Shown piece after piece: positions 32,982 to 55,390 of a stretch of DNA of 64,000 nucleotides (the first letter of the stretch is position 1; the number at the start of each line of letters is the position of its first letter). Under the pieces are notes generated by a model. It was not told the DNA's origin. It did not search any database and worked only from the letters and a program-made list of their open reading frames with translations. Source of the DNA: the human T2T-CHM13v2.0 reference genome, Homo sapiens; the NCBI RefSeq assembly GCF_009914755.1, contig NC_060943.1; one strand, written 5' to 3'. Both the position numbers and the translations under genes were made by a program.

Positions 32982-33045
32982 GTTTTATGATGGTGTTCAT
33001 TATTATTTTATTTTTAAGCAAAATTGACTCATTATAGCATTTCTT

Positions 33046-33080
<35 letters not shown>

Positions 33081-33439
33081 AGAGTCTCAGAATGCTCTTA
33101 AACTCTTAGTCTCTAGTGTTCTGACAGCCTTGACCTCCTAAAACTAAGATTACAGGCATGAGCCATGGTGCCTGGTCACCATGTACCTTTTTTTGTAGAA
33201 CTGTGCTAGTGGTGATGAACATCTTCACCTTTTATTTTGGAAATTCTTTATTTTCATCTTCTTTTTAAAGGGAAGTAAATTTAAATCAAGTATTATTGGT
33301 TAGAAATTTTTTTTTTTATTACATCAAAATTTGGGAAGTTTTCACCCTTTTTTATCTTCAAATAACCTCTGTATTTTTTTTCTTCATTTTCTTCTTCTAA
33401 GATTTCCTAAATCTAGTTGATGGTTATCTAATAAGTTGT

Positions 33440-33721
33440 TTGTTTTGTTTTGTTTTTGTTTTTGTTTTTGTTTTTTTTGAGATGGAGTCTCGCTCTGTTT
33501 CCCAGGCTGGAGTGCAGTGGCACAATCTCAGCTCATGGCAAACTCTGTCTCCTGGGTTCATGCCATTCTCTTGCCTCAGCATCCTGAGTAGCTGGGAGTA
33601 CAGGTGCCCGCCACCACGCCCAGCTATTTTTTTATATTTTTGTAGAGACTGGGTTTCACCATGTTAGCCAGGATGGGCTTGATCTCCTGACCTCATGATC
33701 TGCCTGCCTTGGCCTCCCAAG
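33440..33721 (-). mobile_element. Alu, 5'-truncated
   Basis: Flanked by tatctaataagtt on both sides. Confidence 0.85.
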
Positions 33722-34054
33722 GTATCTAATAAGTTTTACATTCCATGTTTTAACTTTGTTTTGCAATTATAGATTTTTGTGTTATATATTTTAGGGTATG
33801 CCACCACACATTCATTAATTGTGTTTTGATTTTTTAGTATTTATTATAATTATGCATGCTAATTTTTAACATCTTATAATTTAAGGCAGTGTGGAAGAAA
33901 GTCAAATATGAATGAGCTATACGTCTTTTTCCAATAGAATTATCTCTGTGTTTGTTTTCCTGTATACAAAAATAAATGTTATCCTTGTATTTTTTTTCTA
34001 ACTTGTATATTTGTTGTGTAGGTTTGTTGTGAATGGTTTTCTAATTCTGCGTAG

Positions 34055-34370
<316 letters not shown>

Positions 34371-34664
34371 ATAAAATTTTTATAATTTCAACAACCTATT
34401 TATTTGTAAATCTATATGATTTCTGTGTGGGAGAAACACTTTTGGATTTGAATATAATTTAAAACTATCATAACTCTGTATCTCTTTTAGTTATTATTGT
34501 TTATTTCTTGTCAAAAAAAAAAAAAACAAAATTTACCACAAAATATTTTTAAATATTTAGTCATATCAATTATCTTGACATTGTCATGCAACATATTGCT
34601 AAAATGTTTTTATCTTGCAAAGCTAAATCTTAACACATATTAAACAACAAGTACTAATTTTTAA

Positions 34665-34978
34665 TTTTTTCTTTTTTTCTTTTTTCTTTTTTTTTTTGAG
34701 CTGAAGTCTTGCTCTGCTACTCAGGCTGGAGTGCTGTGGCATGATTCACCTCACTGCAACTTCCACCTCCCGGGTTCAAGCAATTCTCACGCCTCAGCCT
34801 CCTGAATAGCTGGAATTACAGGTGCCCATCACCATGCCTGGCTAATTTTTGCATTTTTAGTAAAGATGCAGTTTCACCATGTTGGCCAGCGTGGTTTCAA
34901 ACTCCTGACCTTAGGTAATCTATCTGCCTCAGCCTTTCAAAGTGCTGGGATTACAGGTATGGGCCACCATGCCTGGCC
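34665..34978 (-). mobile_element. Alu
   Basis: Alu reverse complement. Confidence 0.88.
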
Positions 34979-35153
34979 ACAATTTTTTCTGTTTTATAGC
35001 GTTTTGCAAACACCACTCTGTTTTTTGTTTTTAACAGTATAACTACTTCATGTATGTCATAAAATCTGTGTCTTTTTGTGATTGGCTCATTTCATTTTGC
35101 ATAATGCCATCAAGATTTATATTTATAGTTGGTAGAATATTTCCTGCTTTTGA

Positions 35154-36622
<1,469 letters not shown>

Positions 36623-36987
36623 AATGCTGCAATAATTATGAGTCTATAAATGACTACTTATATGACCATATATGTGAAAGTTTATATATGTGCTGCATTC
36701 TATTTTATTAGTCTACTTTTTCACCTTTATACTCATATCAAATTGTTTAATTTGGTAGCTTTGTAATGTGTTTTGAATCAGGCACTTTAATGCCTGCAGC
36801 ATTCTTTCTTTCTTTTTTTTTTTTTAATATTGTTGGGTAGTTTGTTTTTCTTTTGAGTCTCTGTATACTTTTGAGGTTGGTGTTTCTATTTCTTCAAAAA
36901 TGCAATGAGAAATTTGAAAAATATTGCATTAAATCTGTAGATTGCATTGAGCAGGATGGACTCTGCAATATTAAGTATTTCAACCTT

Positions 36988-38532
36988 AGGTGCCGGGATT
37001 GCAGACGGAGTCTCGTTCACTCAGTGCTCAATGGTGCCCAGGCTGGAGTGCAGTGGCGTGATCTTGGCTCGTTACAACCTCCACCTCCCAGCCGCCTGCC
37101 TTGGCCCCCCAAAGTGCCGAGATTGCAGCCTCTGCCCAGCTGCCACCCCGTCTGGGAAGTGAGGAGCGTCTCTGCCTGGCCCCCCATCGTCTGGGATATG
37201 AGGAGCCTCTCTGCCTGGCTGCCCAGTCTGGAAAGTGAGGAGCGTCTCTGCCCGGCCGCCATCCCATCTAGGAAGCGAGGAGCGCCTCTTCCCCGCCGCC
37301 ATCCCATCTAGGAAGTGAGGAGCGTCTCTGCCCGGCCGCCCATCGTCTGAGATGTGGGGAGCACCTCTGCCCCGCCGCCCTATCTGGGATGTGAGGAGCG
37401 CCTCTGCTGGGCCGCAACCCTGTCTGAGAGGTGAGGAGCGTCTCTGCCCGGCCGCCCCGTCTGAGAAGTGAGGAAACCCTCTGCCTGGCAACCGCCCCGT
37501 CTGAGAAGTGAGGAGCCCCTCCGTCCGGCAGCCACCCCGTCTGGGAAGTGAGGAGCGTCTCCGCCCGGCAGCCACCCCGTCCGGGAGGGAGGTGGGGGGG
37601 GGGTCAGCCCCCCGCCCGGCCAGCCGCCCCGTCCGGGAGGTGAGGGGCTCCTCTGCCCGGCCGCCCCTACTGGGAAGTGAGGAGCCCCTCTGCCCGGCCA
37701 GCCGCCCCGTCCGGGAGGGAGGCGGGGGGGGGGGTCGGCCAGCTGCCCTGTCCGGGAGGGAGGTGGGGGGGGTCAGCCCCCCGCCTGGCCAGCCGCCCCG
37801 TCCGGGAGGTGAGGGGCGCCTCTGCCTGGCCGCCCCTACTGGGAAGTGAGGACCCCTCTGCCTGGCCAGCCGCCCCGTCCGGGAGGGTGGGGGGGGGTCA
37901 GCCCCCCGCCCGGCCAGCTGCCCCATCCAGGAGGTGAGGGGCGCTTCTGCCCGGCCGCCCCTACTGGGAAGTGAGGAGCCCCTCTGCCCGGCCACGACCC
38001 CGTCTGGGAGGTGTGCCCAGCGGCTCATTGGGGATGGGCCATGATGACAATGGCGGTTTTGTGGAATAGAAAGGCGGGAAGAGTGGGGAAAAAATTGAGA
38101 AATCGGATGGTTGCCGGGTCTGTGTGGATAGAAGTAGACATGGGAGACTTTTCATTTTGTTCTGTACTAAGAAAAATTCTTCTGCCTTGGGATCCTGTTG
38201 ATCTGTGACCTTATCCCCAACCCTGTGCTCTCTGAAACATGTGCTGTGTCCACTCAGGGTTAAATGGATTAAGGGCGGTGCAAGATGTGCTTTGTTAAAC
38301 AGATGCTTGAAGGCAGCATGCTCGTTAAGAGTCATCACCACTCCCTAATCTTAAGTACCCAGGGACACAAACACTGCGGAAGGCCGCAGGGTCCTCTGCC
38401 TAGGAAAACCAGAGACCTTTGTTCACTTGTTTATCTACTGACCTTCCGTCCACTATTGTCCTATGACCCTGCCAAATCCCCCTCTGCGAGAAACACCCAA
38501 GAATGATCAATAAAAAAAAAAAAAAAAAAAAA
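36988..38532 (+). mobile_element. SVA (SVA_E-like), 5'-truncated within the Alu-like domain
   Basis: Alu-like part, GC-rich VNTR, SINE-R, AATAAA and poly-A. TSD tatttcaacctt at 36976-36987 and 38533-38544. The subfamily call rests on recalled SINE-R diagnostics. Confidence 0.93.
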
Positions 38533-38980
38533 TATTTCAACCTTTGTGTAAGAGCACACTCAAGAGTGTGTTGTTTAGTTTCTATATATTTGTAAATTTT
38601 TCAGTTTTTTTTTTTGCTTTTATCGTTGTATACTCTCATTCCATTTTGGTCATAGAATGTAGTTCATAGAAATTTACTTTTAAAAAATTTGATAAGACTT
38701 CCTTTTTGTCCTAAGATGTGGTCTTTCAAGGGAAATGTTGTATGAGCTATTGAGAAGGGTGTGTATTCTGATGTTGTTGAGGAGTGTTCTCCATAACTCT
38801 GTTTGGAATAATTGTTTTATACTGCCTTTAAGTAGTCTGTTCTCTTATTAACATTCTTTCTTGTTTTATTTTTATTACAAAAAGTGTGGTATTAAAATAT
38901 ATTGTTCTAATTATATTGCTTTCTGTGTGTTTCTTCCATTCTGTCAATATTTGCTTTATATACTTGGAACCCTAATGTGA

Positions 38981-39014
<34 letters not shown>

Positions 39015-39337
39015 TTTGTCATAGATTCCCTGTGAATGAATCTATTATTTTTTGATGTCCTTCTTTGTTTCTTTGGAGTTTCAATTTCAAGCACATTTTA
39101 TAAAATATTATACTTTCTGACTTAAGATGTAGCTTGTGTGATATTATTTTGACTCTTTCTGCTCTTATTTGATTAATGTTTGCATGGAATGTCTACTTCC
39201 ATCCTGCCACTTACAGTCTTTTTTAATTATTAGACTTACTGTTATTTTATTATGCATTTTATTTGATTATTGCATCTTTGTGTCTTATTCTCTTTCCATC
39301 TTTGTGTCTTTTTGATGTTTGCATTGATATGCTTTCA

Positions 39338-39722
<385 letters not shown>

Positions 39723-40195
39723 TAATCTGGTAGAAAAACAGGTTGCATACAAAAATTCTTCTTTATTACATCTTCCCTCAAATTTGTCATTGATGTTGCT
39801 AATTATATCTTATGTTGTATGTTCATTAACTGATGTTTATAATGATTTCTATTCTTTTATTGTTCAAATTTCAGAGAATAATTAAAAATGTTTTCTGCGT
39901 CACTAGGATAATGCTAATAAATTCTACAAAGTGAATTTGCATATTTTTTCTAGAAAATAATGTATTTTTATATAATTATGTGTAGCTTTTTGAATCATGT
40001 TATTTTCAGTAAAAGGAACTGTTGTTAGCACCTTTTATATGTAGGGCATATGCAGTTCCAATATACTTTTTTAGAATTTCATTACTTTGGAAGGTTTTTT
40101 TTTTTTTTATTTGGCAGGATAGATTCACTGATGGTATAATTCTCACTTAATAGGTATTTTTTTTAACAACTTTTTCATGACTCCATAACATAGTT

Positions 40196-40490
40196 CTTTT
40201 TTTGAGACTAAACGTCTCTCTATCCCCCAGCCAGGCTGGAGCATAGTGGTATGACTTCAACTCACTGCAACCTCCACTTCCCAGGTTCAAGTGGTTCTCC
40301 AGCCTCAGCCTCCTGAGTAGCTGGTATTACAGGCATGTGCCACCACACCCAGCTAATTTTTGTCGTTTTGGTAGAGACAGGGTTTCACCATCTTGTTCAG
40401 GCTGGCCTTGAACTCCTGACCTCAGGTGATCCGTCCACCTCTGCCTCCCAAAGTGCCTGGATTACAGGCAGGAGCCACCATGCCTGGCCT
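40196..40490 (-). mobile_element. Alu
   Basis: Alu reverse complement. Confidence 0.85.
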
Positions 40491-41645
40491 GGCACATCAC
40501 TTTTATCTTGCAGCTTCAAAGATAATCTTTTTGTCTTTGACTAGAAATTGTGGTTATATACATGTTTGTTATAAATATCTTTCTGTGATACTAGTTTGTT
40601 GTACTTCTTTATTTTTACATCATATTTTCTTACTTTTAGGATCTATTAGTTTTTTTTAAATTTTTTTACCTCCACAATTTTTGTTTTTTTGAAATCTTAA
40701 ATATTTTTGTTCTTGTCCTCATTTTTCTGAATTTCCATAGTTGTCTCTGTTCCTATTTTAATCAATGAGAACTATTCAATTTATTACCAATTATTAAAAG
40801 TAATTTATACCTCTGATTTTTTTTATGCTTTCTTTCAGAAAATTTTATAATATTTTTGCTGGGATCATATTGCCCTATTTTGTATATTTTATCTTTGATT
40901 GTGATTTGGACATTAAAAAAAGCTACCTGTCAAAATCTTTATAATGTTGTTCTGTCCTGGCATAGTCTGAAAATAATTGTTTTGGCTGGTGATTATGGGA
41001 GTTTCTCACACATTTTCTTAGGATATGTGCTGTCTGAAATTTTGTGTTTAATTTTTAATTAACAGAGTTTACTCTTGTTATTTTGTAGGAGTCAGAAATC
41101 ACTTGCTACACCTGTTCCTTTTCTGTGGTACTGCTGTCAGTCTGCTGCTCTACCACTTTTTTTTTTGGTCTCAGCTGACTCAAACTCTCATTTCAAAATA
41201 TGCCACCATTTCTTTCAGCACTTTATGTCATGAGAGACTGAAACAAGTGTCAGAAAAGGTCCCTAAAAGTCAGAAATAACAACGAATGTGCCAGTATTTT
41301 AGCTTTCTTTTAAAACAGAAACCAAGAGTTAGGAATTTACTTCTGAAGGTACTGCGTTATAGTGGAAAGCAGGAAAAGCTGTGTTGGGTGAATTTAACAC
41401 TTCCTTTTTTCCTTTGTGCTCACCTGGAACACTGCACACACTTATTTATAAATTTTTTACAGATGTATTTGGGTCTGTATATTTTAGTTACATTTATATA
41501 TCTATAAATGAATTAGAGCCTGTGGTATTTTGCAATGCCCTCTTGTTTATGTATTTGGTATAATTTTAAAGGTAAGATTTTAAAACTATATCCATGTGAG
41601 TCTAGTAGGTGGAGTAATTTATTATTTTTATTTTTATTTTTTTAG

Positions 41646-43800
<2,155 letters not shown>

Positions 43801-45649
43801 TAGAAAATATGTCTTTAAAGTGCAGAAGAGTATTTACTTTAAAAAAGCACTACAAATATAAATAGGGTTGTAATACCTTTACTTGTATCAGAAATCTTAT
43901 TGTACACATTTTGTGCTAGAGGAAAACCCTGAGGCAGTTGTTAAAATTTTGTCCAACATCAGTGAGTTTATATTGAAGAAAAACCTGCAAATATAATAAA
44001 TTTGGAAAAACATTTTTTCAAAAACTACAAATTATAAAACACCAAAGAGTTTATACTAAAATATATTTTTGCAGGTGCAGTAAATATGAAAGATATTTAA
44101 TCCAAAATTGTCTATGTAAATATCAGAATAATCCACAGTAGAAATATCTAGGGCCACTCAATGTTTAGACACTACTGTAAATCAGAGTGCTGCGTATAAA
44201 AAACAATACAAAACTAAAGATAGCATAAACATTATTTGTATATAACTTTAAAAGAAGTAGAATATTTTTTGGAGAGTTATAATTACATTCAAATTATACT
44301 TTTTATGAAAATACAGGTTTTTTTCGAAGTGAATAATAATGAAGTTAAACTCTTAAATTACTTCATGCTCTTCCATCATTCCTGGTTTATTCAAATGTGA
44401 AAGCATGTGACTAATTGTTGCTGGACAAAATATATGAGAGATTCTTGTTTATTAGGTAAGCATTACTTATGACCTTTTCTATGGAAAGGTAAGGACATTA
44501 AAATGTAAGGTGCATAATGAAAATTTAAGTAGAGAGGCTCTTTGTGGTTAACTTATAATATTTTGTGATACATGAGGTAGGTGTTCAGAGTAATACTCTT
44601 CTGCATTATTATGAAAGAAAAATATTCTTAATTTTAGTTAAAATTAGGTTAGTAATGTTATTTTATTAATTGCACTTTTATGGAATACTATACGGCATAT
44701 TTTTAAGTTATAAATTATTTGTGAAATTAACTTTTCAATTCCACATTTTTAACATGTTAAATACTATCATGAATCCATTGAAATGTTATTGTGCCACTAA
44801 CTTTAACCTATTCCATCTTACACAAGGGTGTAGGTAACAATACATTATTTGGTAAGATAATGGACTGACATCGCTAGTAATCTTTTTTGCCAGTAACTTT
44901 AAATGGCCAATAAGTTAAAAAATATTGTTCCTATAGGTTATATTTTTATTCTTATTTTCACATTTAAATGTATTTTTCTTAATTTCTGTGGATATATGTT
45001 TATATGTTTATGCCATATATGGCATATTTTAATACAGGAATACAAAACATGATAATCACATTAGAGGAAATGAGATGTCCATTACCTCTAGCATTTATTC
45101 TTTGTATTACAAGCAATTCAATTCTACAGTTTAAGTTATTTTTAATGTACAATTAAATTGTTATTGACTACAGGGTCATTTTTATCATCATAATACAAAT
45201 TATATACAAACATGTAAAATCCATACATTTCTGAGTCCTTAATAAATATTTTTATAAATTTTAATATATTTTTTCTTTGAACATGTGGCCTTTGCCTGCA
45301 AGCACATATGGACTGTTAGTATTGATTTACATAGAGTTAAATATTCACATCTATTAGTCTAAAGATAAACTTTAGGTCTAAATAAATTATGGAGTAAGTC
45401 TGTGTGAGTATAAATTTGAAACTATTTTTAGCAGAAAAAAATATTAGAACAAAATAAATCATTTTAATCAGGGGCCTAATTCACTAGAAAACAAAAATTC
45501 TCAAAAATGATGAAAGCAAATCTATGCTCTCTGCTTTGTATTGAATTTATTACCGTGCAATCTTTTGGCTCAGGGTTCAGAATCTCCCCATGCAAATTCT
45601 CTGTTTTAATTTGACTGGTACTCATGCTAGTCCCGTAATATTCTTTTTT

Positions 45650-45980
45650 TGTTTGTTTAATAGTTTTTTTTTTGTTGTTGTTGTTCTTGTTTTTTTCTTT
45701 TGAGATAGAGTCTTGCTCTGTCTCCCAGGCTGGAGTGCAATGGTGAGATCTTGGCTCACTGTAGCCTCTGCCTCTCAGGTTCAAGCAGTTCTGCCTCAGC
45801 CTCCCAAGTAGCTGGGATTACATGTGCCCGCCACCATGCCCAGCTAATTTTTGTATTTTCACTACAGACAGTGTTTCACCAGGTTGGTCACGCTGGTCTC
45901 AAACTCCTGACCTCAGGTGATCCATTCACCTCAGCCTCCCAGAGTGCTGGGATTACAGGTGTGAGCCACTGCACCCAGCC
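45650..45980 (-). mobile_element. Alu
   Basis: Alu reverse complement. Confidence 0.88.
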
Positions 45981-46039
45981 TGTGTAATAGTTTATGAAGT
46001 ATTCATTATGCGAACTGGTCTGTAATTATAAGAATATAT

Positions 46040-50058
<4,019 letters not shown>

Positions 50059-50707
50059 TGTCCTGATGCCTTTAAAGACATATTCTGAAGATAAAGGTGG
50101 TGATTTGTTCAGATACTCTCTCCTGAGAAGGAATCAGAGAAGAGAGAAAAAATGTTGATTCTCAAATGAATGTGTCCCAGGTCAAAACTGTGTCCACATT
50201 TTCTTCTAGAAGGTCATGTATTTACAGTTGCAATCATTTTCATTTCTACTTCTGATGCTTTTGCCTAACAAGATTATTTGAAGTACCTTTTTTCTTCTCA
50301 TGACAGTGAAATGACCTCATTAAAATAATTCTCCCCTATGTTTCAGAGCCTTATCTTTATTCTCTCCATCCAGGCTTCTTACATATCACAAATAGTACCT
50401 TGAATTTATACCGTGAAATATTGAAAGTATTCCCTTTGTTGACAGATCAGCCTGAGCAGGTGAAGATATAAAACATTCTTATTGGGGATGGTGCTGGGTC
50501 CTCAGATATCAGTGAGGGAGAAAACTGCACCATTTAGGTTCTATCTGAATGCTCCATCAGCTCTATGAATAACACAATTTTTAAATGCACACTTAAAAAA
50601 GATGGAATTAATGGCCTGGAATAATTTAGAAAGGTATGTAAAGGAATGAATTCAAAGAAATGTGCCTTCTAGAATGCTTAAAGAGAGAGTATTTAGATAC
50701 ACTATTA

Positions 50708-51061
<354 letters not shown>

Positions 51062-51261
51062 TTACATAAAACATGTTTTTTATGATTAGATTCAGATTAT
51101 GATTTATGTTTTTTTGGCCAGTAATCTCACAGAAGTCATGTTGCATCCTCCAATATGTATCAGCACCTGATACCAATCTGTCTCATTAATTTTATTTACT
51201 TGGTTAACGTGTTTTCTCAAGGATTTCTTCCCTATAATGTTTCTTTTAAAAAACTGTATTA

Positions 51262-51577
<316 letters not shown>

Positions 51578-51601
51578 TCACATTTAATCTGAAATCTCCC
51601 C

Positions 51602-51963
51602 TGTCACGCCAAGTGTCAGGTTCCAACCCAATCGGAGGTCTGACAGGAGTGGGTGGGTGATTTGTGGGTTACTGGAAAAACACTCATGGAATTGTGGGCA
51701 GTTTTGAGATGGCTTTATTCTCTAGGCATAAGCCTGGGCATGAGCCCTGTGTACAGGGTGAGCAGCTTACTCTCTCTCCTCCTCCTGTTCACCTGTCTGT
51801 GTACTCCTTACACTCAGTAGCGGCTGAGAGCTAAGTATGAGCTTATACAACCAGGTTACATATTAGCAGAGATGAGCACTTGTACTCCAAACTTACTGAG
51901 TCAGGCTGAACCAGATGTTTACCACGGCCTATTCTTGACCACTGCACATCCATTTATCTTACA
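51602..51963 (-). mobile_element. Solo LTR, LTR18-like (ERVL class)
   Basis: TG...CA ends; the minus strand starts tgtaagataaatggatgtgcagtggtcaagaataggcc. Family assigned from memory. Confidence 0.65.
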
Positions 51964-52587
51964 CCCTTTTTCTGAATAGTTTCTCTTTGTTTATACTTTG
52001 CTTTGGAAAATGAAGGCTGTCATTTTTGTTTACTGGTCATATACACTGGGATAAAACCCAGGTTCTATCAGTTACTAGATGTTTTACAAAGTATTTTCCT
52101 TAAGCTAGAATGATTGACATCACTGGCGAGTTTGTTTGCAATATAGTAACTCAGGTCTCATCCCACATCCCTTGAATTAGAATACGTATTTTAACAAAAT
52201 CTCCAGGTTATTGATGTATGCATTAAAATTTGAGAGGTATCTCCTAAGTTACTGTGACTTCTCCATGTGAGAACTGTACACAGCTTACTCTGTATAATGT
52301 AAATATGGCATTCAGAACTGTATATACTTGTGTTTATGCCATAAGTTCTATGCCGTATTATTCAGAAAACTATAGTAATTACACTGGTTTTTTGGATCTT
52401 ATTTTATCCTCTTTGTTCAGAATGAAGGAATACATTAGAGAATCTTTCTCTGTTAAGCAATATTTTATTGGATAATTCCAGTCTCTTATGTAAAACAGAG
52501 CCAACTCTCTTAACTCTGAAACACCTAGAGTAAAATTAACAATTCTGCCCATGACCACTTGCTAAATATGTGGTTTTTTTTTTTTAG

Positions 52588-52712
52588 GAAATGTTAACTT
52601 TCAAGGCTGTGGCCATAGAATTTTCTCAGGAGGAGTGGGAATGTCTGAATCCTGCTCAGTGAAATTTGTATAGAGATGTAATGTTAGAGAACAACAGAAA
52701 CCTGGTCTCTCA
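52588..52712 (+). pseudogene. Second KRAB-A exon remnant
   Basis: tttttag| [40 protein letters not shown]; TGA at 52660; the GT donor is deleted. Confidence 0.88.
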
Positions 52713-53199
52713 GAATAAATTTTCACCAGATTTCCTAATATACCCTAAGGCTTCTATTTTCTCCCTTTGTAGAAGGATTTTGGGAGTTTTTGCTCCACAT
52801 AAATTATTTTTAGATCAACCCTTTTAAGGAAAACTTGACGGTTTATTGAAATAGAAAAGAAAATCTTCAAGATGTTTTATCTTAACAGGAACCATCCCCT
52901 TTTTTTTGAGGTAATCTGTATCCTTCACTCTAGATTAATGATAATTCTAGAAATTCAGTGGCATTAAATATTATTGCCCAAATAATAAAATCCAATATCC
53001 AGCACCAATTTTAAATTCAATAGTATTGGATAGTAGAGCTAAGGACCCAGAAATGTAAAATATGTTCTAAGTATTCTAAAGGTTCTGTCAGAAAACAGTA
53101 TTTTGGAATTAAATTTCTAGAATCTTTCATAATATTCTCTCCTCTGTACTAAACATGGTACTAGGATGGTAACTGGAGAATCCCAACAAATCATGTTAA

Positions 53200-53319
<120 letters not shown>

Positions 53320-53784
53320 TAAGCATGAATGAAGCAGATAACACAGACAAGAGGTACAAAGGTCAAAAAGAATTCCAGACCTTAAAATGTGGTATGGGAT
53401 GCTCTGCTTCAATGGAAAGGTTCCTAAAAAGCCATTTTGTTTTTTTCCCTAGTTCTTATATAGGAGCATCTTTTGTCCCATACCATTAAATTCTTTATGG
53501 ACTCTACTTCCTATTTAGTGATTTTCCTTTGAGGGTACCATGAGAGCTAAAGTCCTCTTTATGGCTTATAAGGTACTGCATGATATACCTGCTCTTCCAT
53601 TGCTTTGGGGCAATATGAGAATATCTCTAACTATTTTTGAGGAACTGCATGTTAGATCATTTGTTAGGTTTTCTTTTCCCATCATATCTGAAATGTGTGA
53701 GAGCAGTGGTGATATTAAGATTTGTTTCAGAAATCTCAGGAACATCAATGACATGTTACTTGTTATTTATCTATATTGTCTTGT

Positions 53785-54097
<313 letters not shown>

Positions 54098-55174
54098 TCT
54101 ATTTTTTCTTTTTGATATTAGGAATCTTAACAGATTTGAAGTGATAGCTCATCGTTGTTTTTGTTTGTAATTGCCTGTTTGTAGGGGCTATTTAGCACTT
54201 TTTAAATATATCTATTGGTCATTTGTATATAATTCATTGGCAAAATATTTCTTCAGTGTTTTGACTATTTTTCAGTTGGTTTATCATTGTTATTATACTT
54301 GTCTTTGCTTTGAATTTTCTATATATTTTGAATTTTAGACTTTTCTTGTATGTATGGTTTGCTATTGTGAGCATGCTGTGATAAACATGCAAGTATAGGT
54401 ATCATTTTCACATAATAAACTATTTTTTTGGGTAGATACCCAATGCTGAAATTTCTGAATCAAATTGTAGTTCTATTTTTAGTTATCTGAGATTAAGCAT
54501 ACTCATGTTGGCTATTTGTATGTCTTTATTGAAAAGTGCTTAGTAATGTTATTGGTCCATTTTTCAATGGGATTTCTTACTATGCTTTTAGTTTGAGTTA
54601 TTTGTAAATTCCAAATATAAGTTTCATGTTGTCACATAGTTTGCAAATATGTTCTTTTATTCTTTAGGTTGCCTATTTACCCTGTTATTTTATTTGCTGT
54701 GCAAAAACTTTTTAGTTTGAATCTAATTTGTCTATTTTTTTATAATAATATAATAATAATATAATAACAATTTTCTTTGTTGTGTTCATGGCTAGTTTTG
54801 GTAGCAGGGTGGTACTGACCTGAGAGTGACTTAGGAAGAATTTTATTATCCTCAATTTTTTGGAAGAGTTTCAGGAGGATTTGGTAGAATTTTTATACAT
54901 TTGGTAGAATTTGGCTGTGCATTTATCTAGTTCTGAGCTTTTCTTTTTCAAGACTTTTTTTTATTACTGACTCAATCATGCTACTCATTATTGATTTGTT
55001 CAGGTACTCAGTTTCTTCCTGGCTCTATCTTGGGAGGTTGTATGTTTCCATGAATTTATTCATTCTTTGTAGGTTTTCAGGTTTATGAGTGTCTAGTTGT
55101 TTATAATCATTGCTAGTGATTTTTTGTATTGCTGTTGTATCCATTGTAATGTCTATTCTTTCATTTCTGATTTT

Positions 55175-55390
55175 TTTTTTATTTTTATTTTTTTTAATTT
55201 TTTATTATTTTATTTTTCTTTTAATTGGCACAACATCTGGCAAGCATTGATTATGAAATTAACTTCCAAAATAGTAGTGGCAGTTGCACTGTCTTTTGGC
55301 AGGGTAATGAGAGTTTCCATCGCTCTGTATCCTCTCCAGTACTTGGAACTGCCAGACTTGAATTTCTTCTATTCAGGTGGGTGGTGATTG
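55175..55390 (-). other. SVA 3' transduction (~170 bp) plus a second A-rich tail
   Basis: Lies between the SVA poly-A (55391-55434) and the distal TSD copy (55162-55174). Confidence 0.85.

Noticed and set aside
37072-38028. 318-aa GC-rich ORF and the many overlapping ORFs at 36853-38506 and 55440-57550
   Set aside because: These are stop-poor SVA VNTR and SINE-R translations in several frames, not genes.
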